Both the position numbers and the translations under genes were made by a program. From NCBI RefSeq assembly GCF_022045235.1, contig NW_027266264.1, forward strand, positions 9,486,001-9,550,000: 64,000 nucleotides of DNA. The letters run 5' to 3'. The notes below the pieces were generated by a model, which worked only from the letters and a program-made list of their open reading frames with translations, did no database searches and had not been told where the DNA came from. The stretch is from Haliotis cracherodii (Eukaryota). This document shows, piece by piece, positions 51,945 to 64,000 of this stretch; within the stretch, counting starts at the first letter, position 1; the number at the start of each line of letters is the position of its first letter.

Positions 51945-54900
51945 CTATAACCTTCGAAGATTTTTCTTGCTCTTCTTTGAGCCTACCGAGTCCAGTTTGG
52001 ATTTCTTGAGTGCCACTGGCACACAGTTCCGAGCTCCATGGTGCTCACAGAAACACTTCACACAGAAATCAAATTTACATTTGTCGTTCATACACACACC
52101 ACGATCACAATGTGTTTTGGCTGCTGAATTACACCTTGGACAGTGTCGTAATGTGTCGTCGCTTTTCAGAGAAGAAACAACCTGAAATCAGATGTTTGAC
52201 ACTTAGTACTTTCAAGTAATACATCAAATTCATTTCAGTTGACATGGTTGAAAAACACTTAATACAAAAGGTTTGTTGGAGCACTACATTATTTAATTCT
52301 AAGTGCATTAAACCTGTGTTAGAAATTGGCACTAGCCCTTTAATCCGTGCCAAACTGCCCAATAGTCAAGGTATCATGAGGACTAATAGAAATTTGCCCC
52401 ATTTAATAAGTGTTTTTCTATATGTTATAAGGACCAGTGGACTAAAAATATTAGTTTCTAAAGCTTATTAAACTATTCTAAACTCCTACCACTAGTGCTT
52501 ATCATCATAACTTCAGAATGTTCTTGTTTACTACCAGTGGTCTTGTGCAATGTATTGTATATGTACATACCTGAGCATGCTGAGTAAACAGGTTGACAAC
52601 AGGCATCTTCTTTGGTGATCGAGGTGTGTGTTGAACTGATGTCAGGAGTCCTCCTGGTGTTAGGCGTCGGTGTCGCAGCTTTGATTTTCCAAGATTCTCC
52701 TGCAAAACATGATTCAGAACTTTTAGAATTGATTACTACGATACTGTGTTCATGATAATGATGGGAACATGCATATGAAGTTGTAAATTTCACATTCAAG
52801 TATAGCCTGCTTCAGTGACAGGTCAATGGTGGCATCAAGAATTTAACAGCAGTACATGTTAAGGTGGTGAAACCTACCTTTCCAACAGAGGCAGCTCTTG
52901 ACTTGAGAGATTTGATGTACTTGTGACGTCTAGCACTAGCTCGGTTATCTGTGTCACAAATAGTCTTCCACTGCCGGGATACAGCTCTCATCCTGCACAT
53001 AACATGACAAATTTATGAAATAGGTAATGCTTTCAACATACAAGGGAGTAAATTAGATGCTGTATGTCCAAATACTGAGTGAATTGTGATTGTGTATGTG
53101 ATCAACAGCAACATACTTTTTATGAATTATGTAGTTCATGATAAAAGTTGATAAACAGAACCAATAGTGAAGAAAGATACATCGAAACTAGTGATTTACT
53201 GCACAGTTAAACTGATGTCATTGATTTCAAATAGTTTGAACATTCCTGACAAACATACCTGCACAATACTTTTGGTTCCAGGTATGAAAGTACAAGAGAC
53301 ACTCCTTCAATGCTCCTTGAATGCATTTCTGTCAAAATATCAACCCTCTCCAGTCCCACCTTCCTCCCAATAAGACGGTCAGGTTCTTTAGGGGAGAAGT
53401 GTTTGATGACATCATGTATGCCAACCGAATCCAACTTGTCAGCTAAACCAGATGCACCAAAACTTGAGTCAAGGTCACCAGACTCAAATTCCAAACTGTA
53501 TCTTGGAAAGTCAGAAAGACGTTTATGCCGCTTCTCAAACACTTCTTCCTCTTCTGGAATTTCCCAGTCATGTTCAAGGGAGGCTGAATCAATTTCACAT
53601 ATATCGTCACATTTTGAGTTATGTAATGGATAGGCTTTATCCTCTGGTAAGTCACAGTGTGTTGAAACCATGGGTGTGGTTTCAAGAAAAGTAGAGTCAT
53701 TTAAAAGGTCTGTTGATGTCATAGTATCCACAAGGGAATCAGGATAACCACTGTCATTACCAGGTGAATACAAGCTCAAAGGGGAGAGTGATTTTGATGC
53801 CATTGGAGTACTTGTGCTAATCGAGCGACTCTTGATTGCATCGTTAAAGTCATTTGAATAGTCCATTTTGCTGAAGTGAAGAGCAGGCATTGACACCTTC
53901 CGAGATCTCTGGTAGCCTGTACCTGCCATCTGAAGTAAATTAAAGATTGTTTCTTTATTATCAAATACATTTAACAGCATTGTATCAAGAACTTATTTCA
54001 TTTTTGTTTTAAATACATGGGTGCTACATATACTATTAATAGAAACATGTAAAGTTAACATGTATAGATCTACACACTATTAAACTGAAATTGTACATGT
54101 CACATTATTATTGCCCAATATTGGGTCAGTATGCTGTTTACAAGTAAAAAGTGAATTTAAAAAATACAATCTAACCAATGCTGTTTTAGTAATGACTGGT
54201 CACAATCTTTTTTCAATATATCAGGTAGATGTATTTTTTTCACACTGCATCAGTAACAGGTTTATTTTAAACACCCTTGAAGTTAACCAGTATTGGTTTC
54301 TCACCACACTTGGGGTGACAGGCCACACACCAACAGGTTACACACCTGCAGGTTCAGGGGCCATGTGTTGTGTTGTGCCTATAGGCTATTACATCATGCA
54401 TTTGCATTTGCCTGCCTTTCGTGCTAGTATGATATTTGGTGGATATATTCTCATGGGCACCTTCTAATGTGATATTCATTCGGACAATCTACTTAACTTT
54501 GGACCTATAAAAAATATATGGCCAGTTTTGATATTTAGCGTCTAGGCTATAGCATATCTTCTAAGCATTCATCGATAGATGATAAAATGCATGGTTCAGA
54601 AACCGACATTTAATTTCAAATATTGTTATACAAATTATTTAATATTATGTTTCGGTTACATCGGACATCTTAATATAGTTGTACTACACTAGGCCTTTTG
54701 AACGAAAAATATCCTGAGATGACGCTTGTGAATCTTTTGACCCCCGCCCACCCCGCATTGTCCATGTTGGGGCGCGCCTTTCAAACAGCCATGAAATCCA
54801 TTTGGCTAAATTTACACGTACGATCTGAATATTTTATGGGTAATCCGCTAGTAAATAGTGTTTGTAAATCAGATATACACGATTTAACACTGTATTATCC

Positions 54901-54993
54901 AAATATACTTTCAAGTGGTCAAGATTGATGGGAAACCATAACGCTCGTGCTTTTTCAAGCCAAGCGGGAACGACTCCGCGCTGTACTCACCAT
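51945..54993 (-). CDS. FBXO43: EMI1/EMI2-family APC/C inhibitor (FBXO5/FBXO43 pro-orthologue)
   Basis: Exons 54993-54991 (ATG only, tentative), 53929-53259, 52992-52878, 52699-52571 and 52181-51945. DSGYPDS degron, LIGRKVGLERVDILTEM, F-box (LSYLEPKVLCRMRAVSRQWK), ZBR (CPRC...C...CKFDFCVKCFCEHH...C) and the C-terminal SKKSKKNLRRL tail. FBXO43 versus FBXO5 naming cannot be resolved from sequence alone. Confidence 0.92.
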
Positions 54994-54994
54994 G

Positions 54995-55325
54995 TCGTGG
55001 GAAAATATCCGTTTGTAGAGACTAATCTTATTAGAATTGGTATAAAATGAGTTCAGATGATCAACAACATTTGATAAGTGCCGTTGAAAAGTAATATCAT
55101 TGCTCGCATAGTGATCTTGGAGAAATATTTTTGCAACGTACACCAAGAACAGCACCCATAGATTGAAGACGTTCAAATCGTTCGCCAAAGTACACGCGAC
55201 CAATCAAATCGCTAGAATTCGCAATTGTTTATCTCGCGAGATACACAACTTACAACGCGATTTGACGAGACCTCCACTGGCGTTCGTCTTTCCGGTGTAA
55301 ACAAGAGCACGTGAAATTCAAAGTA
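54995..55325. promoter_or_regulatory. Probable bidirectional promoter between the EMI-like gene and POLR2K
   Basis: CpG-rich stretch with CHR-like TTCAAA (55172-55177), E2F-like TTCGCCAAA, CCAAT (55200-55204), palindrome ATCTCGCGAGAT (55231-55242), ETS-like TTCCGG and CACGTG. A probable non-coding POLR2K exon has a donor near 55323. Confidence 0.6.
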
Positions 55326-55922
55326 GGAGTGTATATTAAACACACATTTTTGTAGTTTTGTTCCGTGAAATTGTAAAAGTAAACAACTTATGTTTTAGAA
55401 TTAAGTTAAATGTTCTCCTCGCGAAAGTTTATATCATGTCACTGTATATCACATATTCGATTCACCCCGTTTAGTTGTGAAATTGTCCGTATTTCGCGCA
55501 TTATCCTTTGAACGGAAATAAAAGATTGTCATGTTCATTATAGAAGTGAAGTTATATATTATAGGTCACCTTAATATACATTGGTAGTAGCGAATACATC
55601 GTAAGACTGGTTTGTGTTGGATTTTTTCTAATGTAGTTGCCATAGATAGATCATTGTAAAGATATATGATTAGTCGTCACTCTTCCTCAACTATTCGACA
55701 CAAAAATAATAGTATCCGTATCCTGGATTTATGTCGATGATCTGTAATATTTGTTTATCACTCCTGATAGATATCAATAGTGATAGTATCACTTAACAAC
55801 ATTTATGTATATGAACACATTTATTTAGGGTTATCAGCGGAATATAGTTCTTTTAGTCGCCAGAATGCTTGGTTGTTATGTATTTTATCTGAATTATTGT
55901 ACCATTACAGAAAAGCTATAAA

Positions 55923-58900
55923 ATGGAGCAGTCCGGAAAGGAGACCCCAGGTGGTACAACTAAGCAACAGACGATGGTGTACATTTGTGGAGGTAAATTT
56001 TACTGTCAATGTTGAAACAAATACAATGAAATAATATAATAATTCCTCCAGGTTTGCTTGACGCATGTCTTCAGTTTTTAGAAGGAACCCGTTCCTTTGA
56101 CTATTTTGCCAATTTGACAAGAGGTAGGTTTGTATCTATTAAGGTTAGAATTTGTTTGGTTTGACAGTATAAAGGACCAGTAGTAGGTATGTGTTACCTT
56201 GTTCACTTGCTAGAACTATCCAACTCCAGCCTCAGGACCACATTAAGGAACTTAGGACTCATTCCCAATTTATACCCTCCATTGTCAACACATGTTCTTG
56301 AGCTAATTCCAGTAATTCCAATTATGACAAGCACACTTTTATTGTTTTACAGTTGTAACTAATCTATACAGGGCTATTGTTTTCAAAGGGGAATTAGGAT
56401 GTCTCATTTCACTGATTTTGTCTGCTTCTGGTGGGTGGGCTGTTACATCACCTGGAGCCATACCTTTGGAAAGGATTTTGACCCTGAGTGGTTGACTATC
56501 TGAGAAAGGATGAACAGTGCTCTTTGTCAAGGGTGTTTGTTCTAGGGTTTAATCTAAATGCATAAATTATAATCCTTCTCATGATGATGCTTGGACCGAA
56601 TGTGTTACCTACCACTGAGGTTAACAAATATTAGTGTCAGATTTGAATTTCCTGTACATTCACAGACTTTTAAGATTATTTCAAATTGCAGTTTAAAGTT
56701 TTATCAAACTGGTAAATTCACTATTTAAAAAGAAACTACTTCCATATGTGTATGTAGAGTGGATCTGCCAACAGATAATGAACAAATAGATTCAAAGCTT
56801 CCAAAGTGTTGTTGTTTTTTAATACCCTTATCATCTACTGGTGATTCTTGATAACAGTCTGGTCTTCTTGGATAGTCTTGTGTTTTATATATCAAATATT
56901 TTGACAATAGATAATAAAAGTAAAAATTAAACATCTCTTGCCAAGGTTTTGAATTATTATTTAATGCTCTCTTGGTAGATCCACTCTACATAAATATACT
57001 GAAAATAGTTTGCTGATATTGGATAAGCAGGATTTTCTCATGTGTTTTTATTCTACCAGCAAGAAATTATAAATGTCAGACTAAGTTGGTCTCCAGTTTA
57101 AAACAGCATTAGATGGTTGATATATTGGTAAGTCATACTATAATCAACAACATTTCTGTGCAATCAGATATTTTATGTTATCAGGAATGACTGCATATAA
57201 TGGAGTCCACAATAACAACTCTTATATGATGACAGGTCGAAATGACCCAGCCTTTGGTATAGTGTTCTACCCTATAAGCTGCTTTTAAGTTAACAAAAAC
57301 AAAAATATTTTGGTAAGGAATTGAATGGCAAACAAAATCCCATCTGTTTTATTGCCCCTTAAAACAATAAATACAGATGACAGTGCAGACAGTAACAAAG
57401 CATGTCATTAGTATGATGGCATTTATTGCCTTCCTCTACTGGCAAGGTGTTGAGACTGGATAACAGCAACTGAACAAGACTAGATACATTTTATGGGGGT
57501 ATTTTTCGCAGGAAATGTCTGTTACTGATCTTTTCACTAACCTAAACACTTAGAGAACAAAGTTGGAACTTGTACGGTACTTCAGTTATTGGCCTTATAG
57601 GGTTTGAAAATATATGTATCACATTTAATAGTAAGTTGGACTTGTTTCTGTTATGTATTTCCCAGTGACTATGGAATAGTAGATTTGTTATAGAACACAT
57701 AGCACACAAATGTTTTAAAATAATCCAAATATCCATGGGATGGGATCTGTCGTAGGTCTCTTTTATGAGATTAACATCAAGGTAACTCAGTGTATTACTG
57801 TATGAAAAAGTTTTATCAAAGTGGTAAATGATGTCATGTCTATATGAATGTGACAGATAGGAAGTGATTGAGCCTAATTAATGATTTCCTTTTTCTCAAT
57901 ATGATACAATAAAAAAGTTGTCATCCTTAACATATCTTGCCTTACTCTAACATTCTTGCTAAGAAGTTTATTTTTCAACTGCTTGTATTAGATATGATAC
58001 TTTGTTGGAACTTTTGTATGTATTTTGTAGATATAAAAAATTGTTTTATCTTTTGGGACATTTGTTGAAATAGTGTCGTCTCTGTAAATGTGGGAATACT
58101 CTATGTTTGTTTATATTTTAACTATATAATTGTAAATGTCAGGAGAATCCAACTAGGATTAGTTGTTACATTTTTCAAATGGTCTTGTTAAACAATTCCA
58201 GATTTGTAATACATGTATCTGTTTTTATGATGCAGATATTGACAGTCATGTGATGTTAGCTATTCAAAACTCTTTTTTCAGAATGTCACCAGGAAAATGA
58301 GATCCGAGCACGTGATCCAATCCGATGTCGCGAGTGTGGCTACAGAATAATGTACAAGAAGAGGACAAAAAGAAGTATCCTTTTTTTCAAACAGTGTTAT
58401 TCATACCAAGACATTCTGTGCATGTGCATGCTATGTCAGAACACTACCAATGTTTGGTCCTCAGTAATCTATGCTCGTCCTAAGAGTCGGCTTAATTAGA
58501 TCAGGTGGTGAGGCTCCTCAATGTGTGTCATATTGTCCTAATGGTGTTGATTGTGGTTCCTGGTTCCAGTCACTGGCTTGACTGGTCCAGACACAATTAA
58601 TGACAGGCTGCCTTGGTAGCGATTGGAAATAACAACATTCATTTAATCCTTCAGTCAGCGGAATTTATAAGTGCACACAGGCCATAGTGTGAAGAAAGTT
58701 TTATTCTATGTAACATTTAATCATCACTGGTACCATTAGGAAGCAAGTATATTGCTATACAATAATTTTTGGTTAAATTACAATGCTAGACTTTTGCAAG
58801 TTCACATATGAGGTATTACAAATATGAATTGAATAATAAATTTTATGTTTTGGTGCAGTAAGGACTGAGAGTTTTTATGGTAAGAAGTTTGAGTGTTGTG

Positions 58901-59303
58901 TTCACCAGGTGTTCTCTCACAATTGATGGTTAATGATTATTGTTTTTTGCCTTGTTGCTGTTTTCTTTAACAGAATAATCCAAAATAATTTGGTCAACAA
59001 AACATTCAGGTAACGTTTCTTGTGTATGTATTGCATATGTATATGTAGCTCAAACAAATGCATGTGGCGAAATATTGATCAATTTCTATGAATTGACTTT
59101 TAGATCTACTAATGAGTTACATGATCTGGGTTTCACCCAAGCGATAAAGAATCTCCTCAACCTGCATCTCATTAGGATTTATCCTACATTTTGTGACTGG
59201 CTGTGATTTTGCTGAAATACTTTTCAAAACAGAGCTCTGAGGTGAATCACAAATGTATTACTTCCTTAACCGTTTCCCAGTGATTGTATTTGATGCAAGA
59301 TGA
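55923..59303 (+). CDS. POLR2K: DNA-directed RNA polymerases I, II and III subunit RPABC4 (RPB12)
   Basis: Exons 55923-55992, 58282-58374 and 59281-59303 give [61 protein letters not shown]. It is absent from the ORF track because the exons are short. Confidence 0.97.
58375..59280 (+). other. U12-type (minor spliceosome) GT-AG intron in POLR2K
   Basis: 5' splice site GTATCCTTT. Branch site TTCCTTAAC at 59262-59270, 10 nt before the exon. Confidence 0.93.
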
Positions 59304-60965
59304 AGACTGCAGCAACATCGTTTGATCATTTCTCATCATGGTGATCCAGTACAGGAATTAGTCATCTCAAGCTTGCAGCTTCCCCCCTCATATATTCATA
59401 TGGTCCCTCACTCACATGATGCAGTGGGAGGAGTTTTGTGTTGGCGTGTTTCACCAACCATGACTATGTTATTTGCCTTAAGATGGTACTTCTAAAATAA
59501 GCCAAATATGTCCATTTGAAAAATATAGGTTTTATGTATGTCTGATATTAACTTTATACATATTATATGTTTCATGTACAAGAAGTAAGTATTCAAAAGT
59601 CATCAGGAAAATAATCATTGTTCTCTAAGCGAGTATAGGAGAGATAATTATGGTGGAACAATGTGTTTCAAGTGCAAATAAAGAAGAGATAAGTGTTAAA
59701 AATACCTACCATTGTAAGACATCAAAATGTCTATCTTTGTAATACTTCAAAGAAGTACTGACCAACTTTTAATGAATCAAAAACAAGTTACAGAGAGAAA
59801 TCAAGAAATGCCTTTAACAATAGTTTTCTACATCTTTCTAAGGCATATTATAGGGATAATGGTTTCCATGGTGTCATTTTATATATATATGGATGGATAA
59901 TGGATTAAGTCAACTTAAGTGGATCTGGATTCTAACTGCAATATCAAGTAACAATACTTGGAGTGTGTTTTTCACAAGCTCTTGTAAAGCAGTAATTTTC
60001 AATATGTCTGTATTTATAACCAAACAATTCTTTTCTGTCATCAAAGTGTAAATAAATCATTGACATTCACTGCTGCTTTGTTTTTTTAGATGTTTCCATG
60101 ATTATTTGAACACATAATGTTTGTGTGACAGTGTGCAAGAGAAGTGAAAAAGGTGAATCATTCACCTAACTATAGTCCTTGCTGGTGTCATGTCTCCAGG
60201 CATAGTTGGCCTGACACAGATGTTATTAGTTGAGCTAAAGGTCCTCTATAGGTTCTTGGACATAGATGTTGAGACCACAATGCTTGTGTCAGGATAAGAC
60301 TGGAATTGGGGCATACAAAATTATATGACTACACTGCTTGTGTTTCATTGAATTTCATCATGTGGTTGCTCATGCTATTAACCACAGGTTTTGATGACGC
60401 CAACTTGGGGACACAGGTGACAAAGTCATCGAAGGTGCCACAATTCAATGGGACACACAGAAACCTATTATAGTTGGTTCAAATCCAGGTTCACCCTGTT
60501 TGTTTGTAGTTTTGTCAGCACTGCACAGTGGGGTTCATCAACACATATAAATCTATGTATGAGTTTGGTTTCACCTTAGTGGTAAATGTCTGAGACCTGC
60601 ATCACTTCAGGCTTTCCTCACACATTAAGCTGACACACTGTGATATAACTGCAAAACTTTTAGAAGCAATGTAAAACACAACTTACTATGATGTAAACTC
60701 ATTTGTTTAAAGGCCACCTTAAGATAGCCTGGATATTCTGACTAATATAGCCTGGATATACTGACTGACTGCTGAATTCAGCATTGGCTTACTGACTTAG
60801 TGAGGCAAGTGTGATATTTCCTTACTCTAGAATATGTTTTGGTTCCTCCTGCATTATGCTTCACAACATCATGCATCAATGCTCATGCTATCAGCCACTG
60901 TTTCTGACTTGCCAAGACCCCATTCTCTTCAGATTGCTGTGATATTGCTCTAATGTTACTTGCTG

Positions 60966-61195
60966 GGCACGCCAGAAACCTATGATTGTGGGTTCGAATC
61001 CCAGTTCCCCCCGATTATGTTTCTAGGTATGTCAGCACCATACCCGTGCTAGTGGGTTTCACCGAAGTGGTAAATGTCTTAGACCTGCATCACTTCGGGC
61101 TTTCCTCCCACATGAAGCTGACACACCGCGATATAACTGGAATAATGTTAAAAGCGGGGTTATACCCAACTCACTCACTCACTCACTCACTCACT
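60966..61195 (+). mobile_element. tRNA-derived SINE family D (a degenerate copy lies at ~60470-60690)
   Basis: B box GGTTCGAATCCC and (ACTC)n tail. The body GTGGTAAATGTCT.AGACCTGCATCACTTC.GGCTTTCCTC is shared with the upstream copy. Confidence 0.75.
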
Positions 61196-61853
61196 TGCTG
61201 GGTAAGCATCACTCCCACATTGATTCTGTAGATCTGGGCCCATTACCCTTTCCAAAGGAGTTAAGGTGACGTAACTCCCATATTTTAACATTGGCTTGGG
61301 AAAGATGTAGGGATTGTGGAATGGGACCCTAGGTGTTTTTATTGCCTAATCAACATACATTTTCTGAAACATTTACTTCTGAAAGAAATTAAATGTATTA
61401 TTATTGATATTTCTGGTGAAAAAGGCACTACTGGGATAATACTTGAACGTCCTTAGATTCACGTGTGTCACTTTGTGCATGATGTAACATTACATCAGGT
61501 ATAGTCTAGAAAAAAACAGGGATACTTATAGCATACAGTTGGAAACATCATTGAGTTGCACTGTAACAGTAGCCAGACAGCTGTGATATAAAACACCACC
61601 TGTCATCACCTGTCTTGTACCCACGCCGGTAGTTACAACGCCCATCTTTCATATCGTTTCCTTATGCAAACGGGGGTCATGTCAAAAGCTGAACGTGGAT
61701 GAATCGAATCTTACATTGTGTAAGGGTGAGATTGTTTGCAATTATGTTGACCCGTCATAGTTTGTAACGTATAGGGTTTGTATGGCAATCGGTTTTCGTT
61801 GAGGTCGGTTATTGCTTATATATTTCATTTGCAATGGGGATATAATGTTCGTT

Positions 61854-61951
61854 GGGTACAATGTGTGAAGCCCATTTCTGGTGACCCCCGCCGTGATATT
61901 GCTGGAATATTGCTAAAAAGGGCGTAAAACCATACTCACTCACTCACTCAC
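61854..61951 (+). mobile_element. 5'-truncated SINE family B
   Basis: 13-bp TSD TATAATGTTCGTT on both sides. The tRNA head is missing. Confidence 0.9.
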
Positions 61952-63589
61952 TATAATGTTCGTTTTCAATTTACAATTTAAACGGGTTACGAATATGTTT
62001 GAAATGCCCCATTGTGTTGTCCGTCTATCAGACGGTAATCTGTTGTAAAAACACGGTATCTCCTCAAAGGTGGGAAAACCCCTTAAGCTAATCTTAATCC
62101 GGATTATTACTTGAGGAAAGATATAGATTAGAAAGTTCAAAGGTTAGGAAAATATACGTTTTGTTACATAATCCCAAAAACAGCGCATGTCCGAAGCAAC
62201 AGTAAAAAGAAGTTGGGCCCGTTTTGACCAGGTAGATATAAAACTTTAATTATATATTGGTAGATCTTAAGCAGAGAGATGCAATAGCGAAGGCCAAACT
62301 AACTCTATTTCACAGTGATGTGCAGCTACTCGAACGCATATGAACTGAGCAGCCAAAGATAAAAATGAAATCATATCAATATACGAAAATAGAAATATAT
62401 CAATACAAAAACAGAATTTCTATGAAAACCAAAACGCTCAACAGATATGTGTACCGAACTCGCACATGAGTCCCAAAGAGGGACAGGTCAGCCGAAATTA
62501 CTAACAGAAGGCGACCTCTTAAACACTTAATGCAACAACAACATGGACCGTTCGACCGGAGTCCGTGTACAGTAGATATAGCATCTGTCTTTCCGAGTGA
62601 GAAAAAACTCAATGCTGGAAGCGTTTGTAAAATCCTCTGTGGTAAATACGCACTTTTCGCATGGCTAGCTCTTCCGTACTCCTTAACATAATTCTTTTAA
62701 TCAATTCAGTCATATTGTATTTCAACCAAATAAAGTTCTTCTGTCCCAGAGACACTTTTCCCCCTTTTGTGGGCGAATGAAAACTTCAGTATGGAGGAAT
62801 TGTGAATATTTGACGTAGGTTGCTCAGGTGATTTGCGAATTTCTAGAATTTTTATATGCAGTGAGAAATGCATAGAATGCATAGGAACGGCTGTTATTAA
62901 ACCAGTAAGTAGGATTTTACTTACATAATGAGTGGCATCTCTCGTAGTCCATTTACAAACGTCAAGTAATGATGTGAAATGTCACGCGGAAGATGTTTGA
63001 ATGTTTCAAATTTGGCTTTTTGTCCTTTAATGCATAATACAGTGAGTAGGTGTAATTTTATGACACCCAGCGTGTTAGTTCTAAGGCCAAATGCCAGCAC
63101 AGCGGGGGCCTCGGCTTCTGCTTGTATGGAGGGGATGAGTAGCGCTTGGTCTTAACATCCTGACACTGAATACTGTGATAGCAATTATCCAATGTGTGAC
63201 ATTTACGATAATGTCCCTAAATAATGCATATTCTGTAATACTGAATGTATTTTTCTTCTCTTTTATTTGAACTTACAAAAGGAAAGATGTGCAAAATCTG
63301 GCCCCCTGGAAGCGCTCGATAAATCTCCAACATTCCACGAATCGTACTGGATTCTACTGAAACCCAATACAATACTCAAAATAAGTTAAAGAACACCCGA
63401 TTTTTTCATATGACTATAGTTAATCTATAATGCCATGTATATAAATCTTTAAAATCTTTTGAGAATTTTTTATTATTATACTACCAACAAAAGTAAGGGA
63501 ACTAATGATTTGAATGTTGCTATCGTTGCGATGTGTACACTGCGCGTGTTGCACGTGCACATGAAAACCAAAGTGTGTTCGCCAAAACT

Positions 63590-63820
63590 CACAATCGCTA
63601 GCCGTAATATGCGACTATGCTTGACGGAAGAGGCGACTATATCCGGGTTGGGTGGTCAGGCTTGCTGACTTGGTTGATGCATATCATCATATCCCAATTG
63701 TGTAGATCGATGCTCATGATGTCAATCACTGGATTGTCTGGCAAGACTCGGATTTTTAACTGACCGATGTCCTACAGCTGGAATATTGCCGAGAGCGGCG
63801 TTAAATAACTAACAGACAAA
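63590..63820 (+). mobile_element. SINE-like family A copy
   Basis: Similarity to the consensus. Confidence 0.8.
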
Positions 63821-64000
63821 CGCAATCACTGATTAAATTGTGCTATAAGCACAAAGCTAAGTGCCTCCGAGACAGTATCTCCATGAACAGACAAAATGGC
63901 GAGTTGTGGGTATGACAGAAGGGATGGAGACGTCAATATCCAAAGCTGCCCGAATGTTTTGCAAATCAAGAAGTCTGACAGGCCTAAAAATACGATACGT

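Noticed and set aside
62400-63985. Exon-like segments on the minus strand with GTAAGT donors near 62924 and 63276
   Set aside because: They contain in-frame stops and no recognisable domain. They could be a pseudogene or the end of a gene outside the window, but this cannot be supported.

Overview
Eukaryotic (animal) genomic DNA, AT-rich and intron-rich. The SINE families and gene style suggest a gastropod mollusc, probably an abalone (inference). The right half holds four conserved spliced genes as two head-to-head pairs: MCM3(-)/TSEN34(+) and an EMI1/EMI2-type F-box gene(-)/POLR2K(+). POLR2K carries a U12-type intron. The left half holds three less familiar spliced genes: a tandem-CBM20 protein, a small secreted Cys-rich protein and a short tandem RRM-like protein. 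Mobile DNA is abundant: a full-length but frameshifted mariner, RNase H-bearing LINE remnants, three tRNA-headed SINE families, about 20 copies of a SINE-like element without a tRNA head but with a structured, precisely defined 5' end, several MITE families and a hammerhead-like motif. The most unusual observations are the structured 5' head of that SINE-like family, the tandem amplification of the MCM3 C-terminal coding tail in its own 3' UTR, the EMI-POLR2K divergent pair, and the three orphan-like genes. All exon models were read by hand and have no transcript support.
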